NCBI GenBank assembly: GCA_951406725.2
Contig: OX597817.1
Span: 127,410,001-127,474,000 of the forward strand
DNA length: 64,000 bases
Direction of reading: 5' to 3'
From: Octopus vulgaris
Lineage: Eukaryota
Shown here: piece by piece, positions 13,660-26,267 of the stretch
How positions within the stretch are numbered: position 1 is the stretch's first letter
Layout of the letters: every line of letters begins with the position of its first letter
The notes under the pieces: generated by a model
Told to the model about the DNA's origin: nothing
What the model saw: the letters and a program-made list of their open reading frames with translations, nothing else
Database searches by the model: none
Translations under genes and position numbers: made by a program

Positions 13660-14399
13660 AACTGTATATATATACATACACTGTAGCTAGCTAACTGGAT
13701 AGACTGACAGAGAGTCGAGTCAGAGAAGCAGATAGATAGATATAGAGAGAGACAAGGAGGTGAAATGCGGGTATAACGCTTACTACATATAATTAAATTT
13801 ACAGCATAACTCTTTTGTAATTTCATCTCCAGCCAGACTCACATTTTCATTGAAAGAATGTTAAATGAATCTCCATGCTAAGAAAATCGTCACAACGAAT
13901 GTTCCAGTATAAAGGAAGGAAAATTGTGCAGCCAAACTGAACTGCTAAAATTTTTCGCTACAACGACAAAAAGTTTGAAAAGACAGTCTTGTGAATTTAG
14001 ACATACAGGCTATATAAAATAACGATTCGTAAACAAGTGAACTACATACAAAATAGTTTATAATTGGGTTCGTTTGTTAATAGCCTTCACTTAACTGTTC
14101 GACATAAAAAATTTCCAAAACAAAAACAAATCACTTCCATTCACTTTGATTTTTTTGCGTATATAAAATCTATGCAAATTTCAATAGTAAGAACGACAAA
14201 CCAAAATTTATTTATTTATTTATTTATTTACTCGTTTGAGTCATTTGAAGAACCACTTTAATTCGAACAACTCGGCCCCGGAACTTATTCTTTGCAAGTC
14301 TAGTACTTATTCTATCGGTCTTTTTTTCTGAACCTCTAAGTTACGAGGACGTAAACACACCAACATCGGTTTTCAAGCGTATCTGTGTATTGTTTTGAG

Positions 14400-15270
14400 C
14401 TGAGTGGGGGTGCTAGATTCCATTGTTCGAAAATATAAGGATCGTGTCGTATAGCCAGCTGGAGACGATGTCTCCTGGGGCTAAATTACAGCAACGTTCG
14501 TCCTAAACCAGCACTACCATGTTATGTTGGCAAACAATCTTTATTCCAAAGTACTGTTGCTGAATATCTCTCGTCGTAAGATTTACAAATAGTAATTTTC
14601 TAAGGGAATTAATTTGTATTGCAAAACCATACAGACTTGGAAGCAATAGATGTGATTTATATTTAGGAGAATTTAACCGGATTTTCACATCCAAGAGTAA
14701 TGTAATAAATTCTAAACAGGAACAAGCACTGAGATGCTTACACATAAGAAATTCCCATTTGCGAAGTATAAATGAATAATTATCGTTTAAACTATAGAAT
14801 GTTTTGAAATAATGCACTAAAACTGATTATCCAATAAAAACTTGAAATGATGATTGTTCGCGTCTAACTTAACGGACAGCTCTACATTATATCTACAGCA
14901 GAGTAGATAAAAAGAAATCTTTAAACGGCAAATTCGAAGGATATCAAGTAAAGCCCCTGAAGAAATTGCAACGGTTACAAATCTATGCAATTGAAATATG
15001 TGTTGGTCTATGTAAGGCTGTACATAGTTCAAAGGATTTAAGGTAACGCTGTGCAACTTCGTAGTAATGGTAATTATTAATAGTGTTAATAGTTATACAC
15101 CACGAAACCTATATGGTTAAGGAAATTTATTCAGAATTATCCAACGTAAAATTCTTCTAATTTCTTATCTTATAAGAACTTTATTGGATTTATATGTTAA
15201 CTATTGAATAACACATTTTGAATACCTAACTGAGAACAAGCCGGTAATCGTTTTGGGGTAATACGTTACT
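14400..15270 (-). pseudogene. Possible decayed Penelope-like RT relic
   Basis: Fragments such as FLLDN.F and QMGI in the order expected for a PLE RT; heavily degenerate. Confidence 0.3.
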
Positions 15271-15285
15271 ATCTAGAAATGTATA

Positions 15286-15668
15286 TATACAATGGTAAAA
15301 CATGAGTACCTGCATCGCGAAAAATAGAAGTCGAAAATACTTCTTTGCCACCGAAAAGTCACAAAATATATACAGTCATGGAAGGGAAAAATTCCAGTGA
15401 ACAATAAAGCCGTCTTACCTCCGTCGAGTACATCAAAAGCATTTGCGATTAACCTCGATACACAGGTTTCAAATTTAGCTCCTGAAAGGTGCCTGCCTCT
15501 CCTCAGTCGAGATCTGTCAGCTAAATAGAATTTGCCCTCATATATATTATTGTTCAATGGAATTTTTTCCTACCATATCTGTATATATTTTGTGAATTTT
15601 CCGTGGTAAAAAAAGTATTTTTGACTTCTAATTTTAGGGATGCAGGTACTCATGTAAAATCATTGTAT
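15286..15668. mobile_element. Fold-back element with about 120-bp inverted arms enclosing a hammerhead motif
   Basis: The arm at about 15286-15407 (CATGAGTACCTGCATC...GAACAATAA) is the diverged reverse complement of about 15547-15668. TATA-rich flanks. Confidence 0.85.
15454..15511 (-). ncRNA. Minimal type I hammerhead ribozyme motif
   Basis: Minus strand CTCGA-CTGAGGA-GAG...TTT-GAAA-CCTGTG-TA-TCGAG. Perfect 5-bp stem I, weak wobble-rich stem II, GUA triplet. Confidence 0.68.
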
Positions 15669-15692
15669 ATACATATAAGCGCACTTGTCTTT

Positions 15693-15723
<31 letters not shown>

Positions 15724-16623
15724 GAATCTACATATTTACATCTACATATATACATATACACACACCAATACATATACGCATACATACATACATACATACA
15801 ACATACATACATACATACATACATACATACATACATACATACATACATACATACATACGTACGTACGTATACATATCTTCTCTATATTATAAATCTGAAA
15901 TGCGAAAAATTTGTTTGTTTGTCTGGTTTTGGCATTGAGAACGGGTTAAAGGCCACTAGATCCCGTCGGATTGACTCCAAAATTTACAGAAATCCCTATC
16001 TTAAAAGGTGTCGTTGCTAGGGCCAAAAGCGCACTTTGACAAGTCTACTCTCATTCTTTTATGTATCTGTCTTCCTCCGTCACTCACTCTCTTTCCTCCC
16101 TTCCCATCACTTTCTATATATGACGTCGTTTAACAGCGTCTAACTCCCTTTCACTTTCTCTTTATAAATATAAATCAATAATTTTAATTTTAAATTTAAA
16201 TAATTTAAATTTTTAAATTTTATATTTTATATATTTTTATGTTTTCGTTTATGTTTTTCATTGTTTGATTTGCCTAATAGTGGTTATATATATATATAAT
16301 TTGTATACATTTGTATATATAATGCGTACACACACACACACATATATATATATAATGCGTATATATATATATATTTATATATATAATGTATGCATTATGT
16401 GGTCGGTTGTGCTGAAAATATGGACACCTATGTTAAAACTGCTGGCGAGTTTGCATGGCAACTATTTTTTTTTTCTCAAATGAAAGATGTGACCTCTAGG
16501 ACAAAATTCCTCATCTTATAAAATGTGACCCGAGTAGACCCGAATGAAATTGGGTTATATTAACCAAAATGTGAAAAGAGGTCTAAATGGGGCTTGAAGG
16601 GGATTAAAATTTACAGGAGCGAG

Positions 16624-16880
16624 TGTTTAGGAATTCTCTGTTACATGAAGCTAAAAAATTTGCGCCAGCCTTTAAATCGTCAATGTGTTGCCGTCCATGA
16701 TGAAGAAGTTTTTAATGCTTGCCATGGTTAGCCTACTGTCGTGAGAAAGAATCACTTCAAAGCTTGGTGTTTAGGAATTTTCTTTTACATCAAGTTCAAA
16801 ATTTTACGCCAGCCGTTAAACTGCCACTATGTTACTGTCCGTCGTTAAGAAATGCCAGCCATGGTGACTCTACTATCCTC
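16624..16880. repeat. Diverged tandem duplication of about 143 bp
   Basis: GTGTTTAGGAATT...CGCCAGCC...GCCATGGT occurs twice. Confidence 0.7.
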
Positions 16881-17201
16881 ACATTCTATCCTTTCAAACT
16901 TTGGTTTCCAATATTTTTTAATTTTTATTCAGCTCGCAAGTTCGTCTGTTCCTTTTAAATGTTAGTGTTTTGCTTTCTGCCTGGAAGCAGACCTTTCCGT
17001 TGTCACTGCCTGATATTTATGATTGATCTTTCAAACTACTTTTTTTCTCAAATTACTCAAGATCTTTTGTTGTTTATAAATGGGAGAGAGATAGATAGAG
17101 AAAGATAGAGAGTAATAGAAAGCGGGGGAGAGTCCGAGAGAAAGGAAGAGTAAGAGAGTGGGAAAGGGAGAGAGAAAGGGGAGAGAAACAAAGAGGGGGA
17201 A

Positions 17202-17530
17202 TCATCATCATCATCATCATCATCGTTTAACGACCGTTTTCCGTGCTACCACGGGTTGGACGGTTTGTCCGGGGTCTGGAAATCCAGGAGGCAGCACCAG
17301 GCTCCAGTCTGATCTGGCAGTGTTTCTACAGCTGGATGCCCTTCCTAACGCCAACCACTCCGTGATTGTAGTGGGAGCTTTTTTCGTGCCACCGGCACAG
17401 GTGCTACGGGGGGAGGGGGCACTGGCAGCGACCAAGATCGGTTGGTGCTTTTTAGTGCCACCGGCACAGAAGCCAGTCAAGGCAGCGCTGCCATCGGCCA
17501 CGTTCGGATAGTGCTTTATACGTGCCGAAA
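17202..17530 (-). mobile_element. Retroposon 3' end (RTE-type SINE or LINE tail) with (GAT)n tail
   Basis: Minus strand TTGGCGTTAGGAAGGGCATCCAGCTGTAGAAAC, sub-repeats GTGCCACCGGCACAG on the plus strand, ending in a (GAT)n tail. Confidence 0.55.
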
Positions 17531-17583
17531 GAATGCAACAGAAAATAACAACCACACTCTTACCCGCGCGTATACTTAAGCTA

Positions 17584-17639
<56 letters not shown>

Positions 17640-17720
17640 TAGCTATATATACTATATATATATATTACATATAACAAATGAGAGAAATAGAAAAAGAGAT
17701 GTCACGAATATGTTTTATTA

Positions 17721-17826
17721 GTCACGACGATTGTTTCGACCCATTATGCCTCAAGTCCTCGCGGGTGAAATACTATACAACTGGTTATGGTACTTCCTTC
17801 CGTCCAGTCTAGTCTCATCAGGTGAC
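17721..17826 (-). ncRNA. Type I hammerhead ribozyme with enlarged stem II loop
   Basis: Minus strand GTCAC-CTGATGA-GACT...GGTC-GAAA-C-AATC-G-TC-GTGAC. Perfect 5-bp stem I, canonical CUGAUGA, 2-bp stem III, GUC triplet. The host element of about 330 bp lies between two (TA)n runs. Confidence 0.82.
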
Positions 17827-17991
17827 GTTTCAAAAGGTACCACGTTCAATAAACTCGGTTTCATTTGGTTCGATTATTCAGCATGTCGGTATTTGTCTGT
17901 AGGTGAGTGCCTACAAGGTTCGTTGTTTCGAATGACTTGGACTGTATACAGTTTTATTTTTCTTGTATATACATTTAAGGAATTTCTCTCT

Positions 17992-18048
<57 letters not shown>

Positions 18049-18436
18049 GGAAAAGATGGAATACTATATTGTCTCAATTTTTGTTGAAGAATTCGGTTAA
18101 ACGAACGAAAGCGCTAATAAAGAATTATCCAAAATTCTCCACTGTCCTATTTTATTCCCAACTTTGACCCTCCATAAATCCCAAATTTTATCTTGGTACT
18201 TATGGAAGCGACTATCTTCAAAGAATCACATTGTCGTTCAATGCTCGAAATGAGGAGTAGATAGACAGCCGATGACTGATAAATGGTATTTCTTTGTGTT
18301 ACTTTTCCAGTTTTCCATTTGCTTCTCTTATTGTTTTCGTATTGAACTTGTTTGTATTCGCATTGCATTTTATTTACTGTTGCTGACGTCCTGTACACAT
18401 ATATGCATATGTATGCATATATGTGTGTGTGTATTA

Positions 18437-18498
<62 letters not shown>

Positions 18499-19430
18499 GA
18501 AACAAAAGAGCAATAGAGGACAATAAAACATTCGAACAGTTAGACGATACAAAGGTGAACAGGAAAAACAGCAATTAGAGAGACAGGTAAAAAATGACGA
18601 GTCATTCGTAGCCTCCTTTCGTCAGTTAAGCTACCAGATGTCCTTACTGTTGCAGGCAGTTTCACTTGAGACTGTTCCATCTGGTTTCCCCCATAAACGT
18701 CTAAGCAAAAAACATTAGATTTTTTGGAAGAAAGCTAACGAATGTGTACAACAACAAAGACAAAAAAAACGGAGAACATGGTACACAATTACAATTAAAA
18801 AGAACAAGAATATAACAACAGGTGCCTTTCGACTGAGGACAAATGAATTGAGCTGACGTGTATAAAGTGAAAGCCTTAAGGCAGGAAAATAGGAGAGGGA
18901 CGTAAGAGGTGTTGGCGGTTGGCAGTCAGGCCAAGGAAGAAAGATTATGGCTGGCCGTATATATTGCTGTATAGCACGATTGTCATTTTTAATTGCCAAA
19001 TATACACAAGCGTAATATATTTTTTCTTCATTCATTTATTACTGTTGTTATTTTATCCTTTCAACTCATGTCCATTGTCCGGAAATCTTTTGTCACACAT
19101 CTGTGACCTCTTCAGCAACACTTCATTCGGTTCCTCTTTGATATGCATCCTTACGTGCGCATGATTGTGTGTCCTTGTTTGTGTGTATGTGTGTACGCGT
19201 GTGTGAATGTGTGTGTGCATGATTGTATGTATGTGTGCATGCTTGTTTTAAGCAACAGTGTGGCATTCTCCTCAGCAGCCCCATCCTCTCAACCCATTTT
19301 GTTGCTGATGTCCCAAAACCCGAAAATATGGCACAGTTTCTGTATTTTACTGTGTATGTGTGTTCGCCTACGGTGTTGCCATTGTGATAGTTGTTATCAT
19401 CGCATATTGCCATCGTTGTCACCGCTGCTG

Positions 19431-19473
<43 letters not shown>

Positions 19474-19474
19474 C

Positions 19475-19767
19475 TAATGTAGGATAAAATTTTTTCGAAA
19501 AAAAAAATGTATCAATGGCCAGCATATCAAAAAATACCTTTAAAGGTTAAATTATAAACAACTTATAAATAAGGGCAAACGAAAAAAATTTCTAATGCCA
19601 AATATGCCGAAAATTGGACATATTGTCCATTTACCATATATTTTTTTCCCCAGTACGCACGCTTATATGGGAAAAAAAATTATATGGTAAATGGACAATA
19701 TGTCCAATTTTCGGCATATTTGGCATTAGAAATTTTTTCGTTTGCCCTTATTTATAAGTTGTTTATA
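19475..19767. mobile_element. Fold-back fragment of the 51-kb hammerhead repeat family
   Basis: Arms 19553-19650 and 19669-19767 are near-perfect inverted repeats. The sequence matches the 51113-52136 unit (TAATGGACAATATGTCCAATTTT.CGGCATATTTGGCATTAGAAA). (TA)n on both sides. Confidence 0.9.
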
Positions 19768-20121
19768 TATATATATATATGAAACTTAGCTCTCGAAACA
19801 AGTGCGTTGGTGTGAATTCGTTATTAGTGTAAGTGTGCATATGGATGCATATGTCAATACAATATTTGTTCGTTTGCTTCTATGTGTGTTGTGTGTATGC
19901 GTGTGTGCGTGTGTATGTGTACTTATTTCTGACTTATTTATATGTATTCCTGTGTATCTACGGTTATATAAACGTTCATAAATAGTATTTGAATTTAAAG
20001 ATACATACATATTCCTCGTATGTGCTTCAAGTTATAAGTGGTCGTTATGACGATTTACATAGTTATGTTTTTGGTGGCATATACATTAATACACTCTAAC
20101 ATACTCACATATATACATATT

Positions 20122-20180
<59 letters not shown>

Positions 20181-21264
20181 ATATATATATGTAGATGTAT
20201 ACATATATATATCTGTATATTTGTGTGGGTGTATGTGTATATAATATATATAGAGAGAGATATGTATGTGTATATATCTATATATATGTATATATATATA
20301 TATATATATGCATATATATGTTTATATATGTATCTATATATCTGTCTCTCTCTCTCTTTCTATATATATATATATACATATATATACACACACACTCAGA
20401 CAATATGTCAATATCGTTTACTTGGGTGTATGGTTGTATGTATATTTCCTTGAGAATGTGTGTTTCTATGTTTCTAGTTTCGAGAGAAAAAAAATGAAAG
20501 AGACACAAATGCTGATGTGAAAAGAAAAGAAATACAAGCATGGAAGAGAGAGAGGAACAGAAAAACTGACAAGTAGATAGACAGTTAAAGAAAGACAGTC
20601 AAAGAAAAGAAGAAATGAGTATTTGTGTAATTCGTGTTTCCTAGAGAAAACAAATGCCCGAAGCTAAATTGAAATTGCAATAATTTTCGAAACTACAGAC
20701 GAGGCCAAAATTTACGATATAATATTTATAATTTTGGTTACCATTTTTCTCGTTTTAGACCAACATATTTTCGTTCTTTTTCTTTTTTTGGTTGTTTCTT
20801 TTTCTTATTTTGGTTGTTTCTTTTTCTTTTTTTGCATATTACTGATTCAGCTGTTTTATATATTTTTAATATAAACATAAACATAAACATTGAGGAATAA
20901 TTTCAAGATTTAAAATAACATTTTCAACAAAGTTAACACAGTTATATTTTCTTTTCTCTTTTAAGAATTATATATTTTAGGGAATCAACAGTAGTCGCAT
21001 GTCTGATTTCTCATAAAACTATACGACAAATATCTAATGCCGAAGTTATAGTCGGTTACATTTGACCCAACTATGAATATTTTATGTCTCGCGTATGATA
21101 AAAGTTTATATGTGTGTGATTAAGTAGTTACACATATAAAAGAAACGATTTGTTTGCGACTTCCATGATTTAGAAGCAACTAAAACATGAAATTCACAAA
21201 CAAATTCTTTCTTTTCCTTTATGTCATTTCCGCACCACCACTACCAACAACAACAAATAATGAT

Positions 21265-21795
21265 AATCCTTTCTACTATAGGCACAAGGAAGGGGACCAG
21301 TCTATTATTTCGATCCCAGTGCGCAAATGGTACTTAATTTTTCGAGCCCAAAAGGATAAAAGGCAAAGTAGACGTCAACGGAATTTGAACTAAGCATTCC
21401 GTCCATCGTGCTAACGATTAGGACAGCTCACCGCCCTAACAACTAATAATAATAATAATAATAATAATGATAATAATAATAATCCTTTCTACTAAAGACA
21501 CAAAGCCTGAAATTTTGGTGGAGTCCATTAAATTGACCCCAGTGATCAACTGGTATTTATTTTCTTGATCCCCGAATGGGTGAAAAGCAAAGACGGCCTC
21601 GGTGGAATTTGAACTCAGAAGATAAAGACGGACGAAATGCCGCTAAACATTTTGACCGGCGTACTGACGATTCTGCCGCTTCGCCGCCTTGATAATAATT
21701 ATGGTTTCAAATTTTGCTACAAGGGCAGCAATTTAGTCGGGTGGAGCTGTCGATAACATCGACCCCAGTATTTCACTGGTGCTTAATTTATCGAG
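21265..21795 (-). mobile_element. Cluster of three SINE family A copies or fragments
   Basis: Repeated GAAAGGCAAAG..CGGAATTTGAACT and TCGACCCCAG motifs. Confidence 0.75.
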
Positions 21796-23050
21796 ATATT
21801 TTTGTGTTGTAACGTTCCAGAATATTCTGCATGAGCCAATGTGTACTTGATTACACTTGTAAGAAGTACACACTAATTCCATAACATTTCGTGTTTCCGT
21901 GTCAAGTTGGTTCACTCGTATATCCATTTGTCATTTCATTTATATTATCTTTGTTTAAATATATAGGCGATCTATGAATGAAATCAGTGCACAGCTTAAG
22001 CTGATGCGAATTTTGTTTTTATGTGCTTTCGTAATTTGTTATGATTGCTGTGGACTGATTGTTGATCCAGGTTGGTCAAGTATAATCAATAATGGTTCGA
22101 ATATTTTCCCTGTACATCAATATCATGTTGTTAAATTTTCCACTATACAGTAACACTATAATTTTTTTGCGAACAGACGGAGGTATTCGAATCTTGATAA
22201 GACTTTAATGAAAGTTGAAACTAGTCAGTAGTTTTACCTTTGTTGTTGAGAGTTATACTGCTTAAATGTGCAGTATACCTATACAGAGATGTCCATATCT
22301 ATATTAGATATGTTGTGATGACACTGTTAACAGTTTTAATTTTAAGCACGCTCTGTCGGAACCTCATTTATCCAATATCGTCGTTTCATTGATTCGAAGT
22401 CTATTTTGTTTACTTTGATATATTCTCTACGTCTGGTTGTAATACTGAAGCGATGTCATATGTCATTTCTAGTATTTTCTATCTTACTTACATATGTAGT
22501 TTGTTTATGTTCCTAGGTGTGAGGGTTCGTTGGAATTGATGTTCTAACGTATTGTTCGTGAGAATACAGAATACGAATTGATGTCCTTTGTGTTGCTTGT
22601 GAGAAAGAAATTGAAAATTGATGTTCTCTTGCATTGCTGGTGCGAAAGGAAATTGAGAATGTCTGTTGATTTGAAGAAAAGTGTTTAAGCTGTTGATGTA
22701 ATGTTGTATTTGTTCAGACAGTGTTATTTACGCGAAAAGAAAGACTAGAAACGCATGAATTGGTATTTATACTTAAAGAGCTCTCTCTATATAATTTCGA
22801 GTTATCGTATTCCGTTATGTATTTATTTAGTTACATTAAAATTCTTTATTTTGATATGCATTTGAGATTCAGGGTTGTCATCTGATATCACAGAGTAAAT
22901 CTCAGCTCTTTCTTGAAATTCTCTGTGGAAAATTAATGAACCGCTTATGCAAAGTTTTCTAACATTTAGTCGTATATCTCTTTACTAATAGAATTGTTTG
23001 TCAAATGTTTTGTTTGAAAACATACAATTGTTCTTTCCATTTTTCTTTCA
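21796..23050 (-). pseudogene. Penelope-like RT/GIY-YIG relic
   Basis: ORF fragment IRVNQLDTETRNVMELVCTSYKCNQVHIGS matches the PLE GIY-YIG pattern (C.T.NVIY.I.C..C...YIG); upstream sequence is decayed. Confidence 0.5.
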
Positions 23051-23280
23051 CTTGTAATACATTATATGTGCTGCTCCTAACAAACTGTATATAGTCATTA
23101 AATCAGCATTTACGGAAAACTATGTTCTTCTTTAGTTTTCGTGTCAACACACACAGTGTCATAAAATTACAAACATTCAAACATACACATATGCACACAC
23201 ACAAACATACACTCACACACACAGTTATATAAATATGTGAACAAATCTATAAAACTTTAAACATATATATGTATAACGTT

Positions 23281-23361
<81 letters not shown>

Positions 23362-24310
23362 GATATAATACAGAAGATGGCTGGCTGTCTGTGTAACTGC
23401 ATGCATTTCTACACTTTACAACCGATTTGCAACAAATGTTATGCATTACTTTCTGAAGTCCTATTACGCGTCGTAGGCTATTTTATTTTTCTGTACATCG
23501 ATTGTGGGGGCCCCACACGCAGATAACTCCCTTCAGCCTCTCTCTTGGAGTCAACAGTACTACTGCCTAAAGGTCCGTAATACTTGCAATTTGCTTCCCT
23601 TCTTCAAAATTAATCTTTTGCTTGCTTAAGGCCTACAAATAAAGTTGCAGGTATGTACTTGCGCAGAAATTAAGGTAAGGAATCCCTTGGTGAAGCGGGC
23701 GCAGTAAACCAATTTTGAATTAAGCGAAAGTTGGCGCATCGATTACATGCTTTCCTAGGTTACAATGTCAAATAACAAGCAAATACGACACACAAAAGTG
23801 ATGTGAAGGACTTCTTAAGGGGCACCAACTCTAATCAGAGTCGTCTTTGCTGACAGCTCTGCCGCTTGGATTTTAAGAGTGAACGATCCAAGGCCCTCTT
23901 CAGGGCCACCAAGTTTAAATTGTTACCATCGGATTCATCTTTGCTGACCGCACCTCTGTTGAGATAATTCAAAGTGAACGTTAAAATGTCCTCTTCAGGG
24001 CCATAAACTATAAATTGTTATCACTGGTTTATAATTTGCTGGCAGTACCGCCGCTGAGACTTTTGAGAGTAACCGATCCAAAGCTCTCTTTAGAGCCAGC
24101 AAGGTTAAAATATTACCATCGGATTCATCTTTGCTGGCAGCCCCGCCGCAGATATTTCATAGTGAATGTTCAGAGGACCTCTTTAGGGCCAACACCTGTA
24201 AATTGTTACTTCTATTGACGTGTTTGACGGACGTCTTTCGGTTCATTTGAAGAAATACTCCACTGATCAACTGAGAGTTATACCCAGAAACGCCGGGTAC
24301 CTCTGTTAGT
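23362..24310 (+). mobile_element. Non-autonomous Helitron-like element
   Basis: 3' end TACCCAGAAACGCCGGGTACCTCTGTTAGT (subterminal hairpin plus CTAG-like terminus); 5' region ATAATACAGAAG..TGTCTGTGT..CAACCGATTTGCA; internal minisatellite. Confidence 0.65.
23845..24215. repeat. Minisatellite of about 94-95 bp, 4 units
   Basis: Units begin TTTGCTG(A/G)C at about 23846, 23940, 24035 and 24130, and each carries CTCTT(C/T)AG(G/A)GCCA..AAAT(T/A)GTTA-like blocks. Confidence 0.85.
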
Positions 24311-24633
24311 ATGTATATATCGTTTCAGATGTATACTCGTATGTATCGATATGACATACGTCATGAATATGCTTTGTTGAACTGTTAGAAGCTGCGAGAT
24401 TTCCAGCCGAGAAACTCCCTTTGTAGATGTATTGTGTTAGAATACACAATATATTTCAGCCATAGGTGAAACGAAATAGTTTCAGATAGCAAGAGAGCAA
24501 CAAGCTCACACTTCGCTGTTGCTGTGGTGAAATACGTAATTTAAACTCATGCAGTATATAAACATTAATACATGTATGTATGTATGTATGTATGTATGTA
24601 TGTACGTACGTATGTATATATGTATGTATATAC

Positions 24634-24695
<62 letters not shown>

Positions 24696-24843
24696 CCGAT
24701 TAAGATACGTATTTCACCGCATCAACGGTGAAATGCGTGCCTTTTGCTCTCTCGACCTCTTGAGCGATTTTGTTTCACGAAACTCTTGGGCCTCGAGTCA
24801 CTCTGTTGCTTCTGCTAAAAAGTACTACTACTACTACTACTAC

Positions 24844-24901
<58 letters not shown>

Positions 24902-24903
<2 letters not shown>

Positions 24904-25447
24904 AACATTCAAACTGACTAAAAGGTAGATGCGAATAGGACAGACATCACATTGAAAAAGACTTCAGACAAAAATCATGCCTCCTCATTGGTATGACTGT
25001 CCCAATCGATATAAACGTAGCTGTCAAGACCTACCAAAAACTTAGCAAATATAAAGATCTTGAAATAGAAATTAACAAAATGTGGAACCTGAAGACTAAA
25101 ACAATACTTGTTGTCATTCGTGCCCTGGGAATTATAGCAAAAGGGGATGATCACTACCTAGCTCAGATACCAGGACACCCCCAAAATGGCAGAAATTCAA
25201 AAGATATTACTCATGGGAACTGCCCATATCCTACGCAAAATACTTTCTATGCAATCTCAAGTTTTAAAACAAACATAATGTTCTTATGGTTTCTTATACA
25301 TTCTCTAGAACAATACTATGTACAAAACAAAGTATATGGCACCCTGGGCATAACACCAACATCAACTTCCAACTTGTTGTCTCTTGAGGTCTCTGGGTGA
25401 GACTTGGAGCCAACTTGTACAAATGTAAAGCAAAAGTTAAACATAAA
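24902..25447 (+). mobile_element. 5'-truncated R4/Dong-clade non-LTR retrotransposon (restriction-like endonuclease C-terminus plus 3' UTR)
   Basis: Peptide CLLIGMTVPIDINVAVKTYQKLSKYKDLEIEINKMWNLKTKTILVVIRALG matches the RLE domain pattern; (TAA)n on both sides. Confidence 0.85.
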
Positions 25448-25497
25448 ATAATAATAATAACAACAACAACAACAACAACAACAACAATAATAATAAC

Positions 25498-25528
<31 letters not shown>

Positions 25529-25914
25529 TGTGTGCGTGTGTGTTTGTGTCTGTGTGTGTTATTTGATAAGTTTAAGTCGGCTCTATAAAAAAGAACGTAG
25601 ACTCGTCAAACGAACCACCCTCTTTAGATTTGTAGAGCTAAATGAGGAAGAGCCAGTGCTGACAAAATGCGAGCCTTTCGTCAACACAGCTCGCATGGTG
25701 TTGCAATTTGACAGTGAAATCAATTGTCGTTCGGAATTTTGTGGTATGTGTCCACGGATAGGATGTTGGTAGCGATATTCTGTCAGGGAAAAGAGGTTCG
25801 GTCCCTTAGCACCAACATAGAGCTGTTTTATCGTTTTAAATTCCAACCATGGCTGCTTTGCGACATAGCTGTATCAGTCTACAATTAGGCAAGTACAACA
25901 CCCACACAACTGAT

Positions 25915-25944
25915 AAATAGATAAATAGATAGATAGAGAAGTAT

Positions 25945-26005
<61 letters not shown>

Positions 26006-26012
26006 GAAGTAT

Positions 26013-26073
<61 letters not shown>

Positions 26074-26194
26074 CAGACAGATAGACAGATAGATAGATAG
26101 ATAGACAGACAGATAGACAGATAGATAGATAGACAGATAGACAGATAGATAGATAGACAGATAGATAGATAGATAGATAGATAGACAGATAGAC

Positions 26195-26267
<73 letters not shown>
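25915..26267. repeat. (GATA)n/(GACA)n microsatellite
   Basis: Read directly. Confidence 0.95.

Noticed and set aside
15876-17585. Possible second non-autonomous Helitron (TCTATATTATAAAT start, CTAG end)
   Set aside because: The termini are only loosely supported and the interval contains other repeats, so I cannot link the two ends.
25590-25900. Possible mariner remnants (also 61130-61500)
   Set aside because: No paired TIRs or clear catalytic motifs visible.
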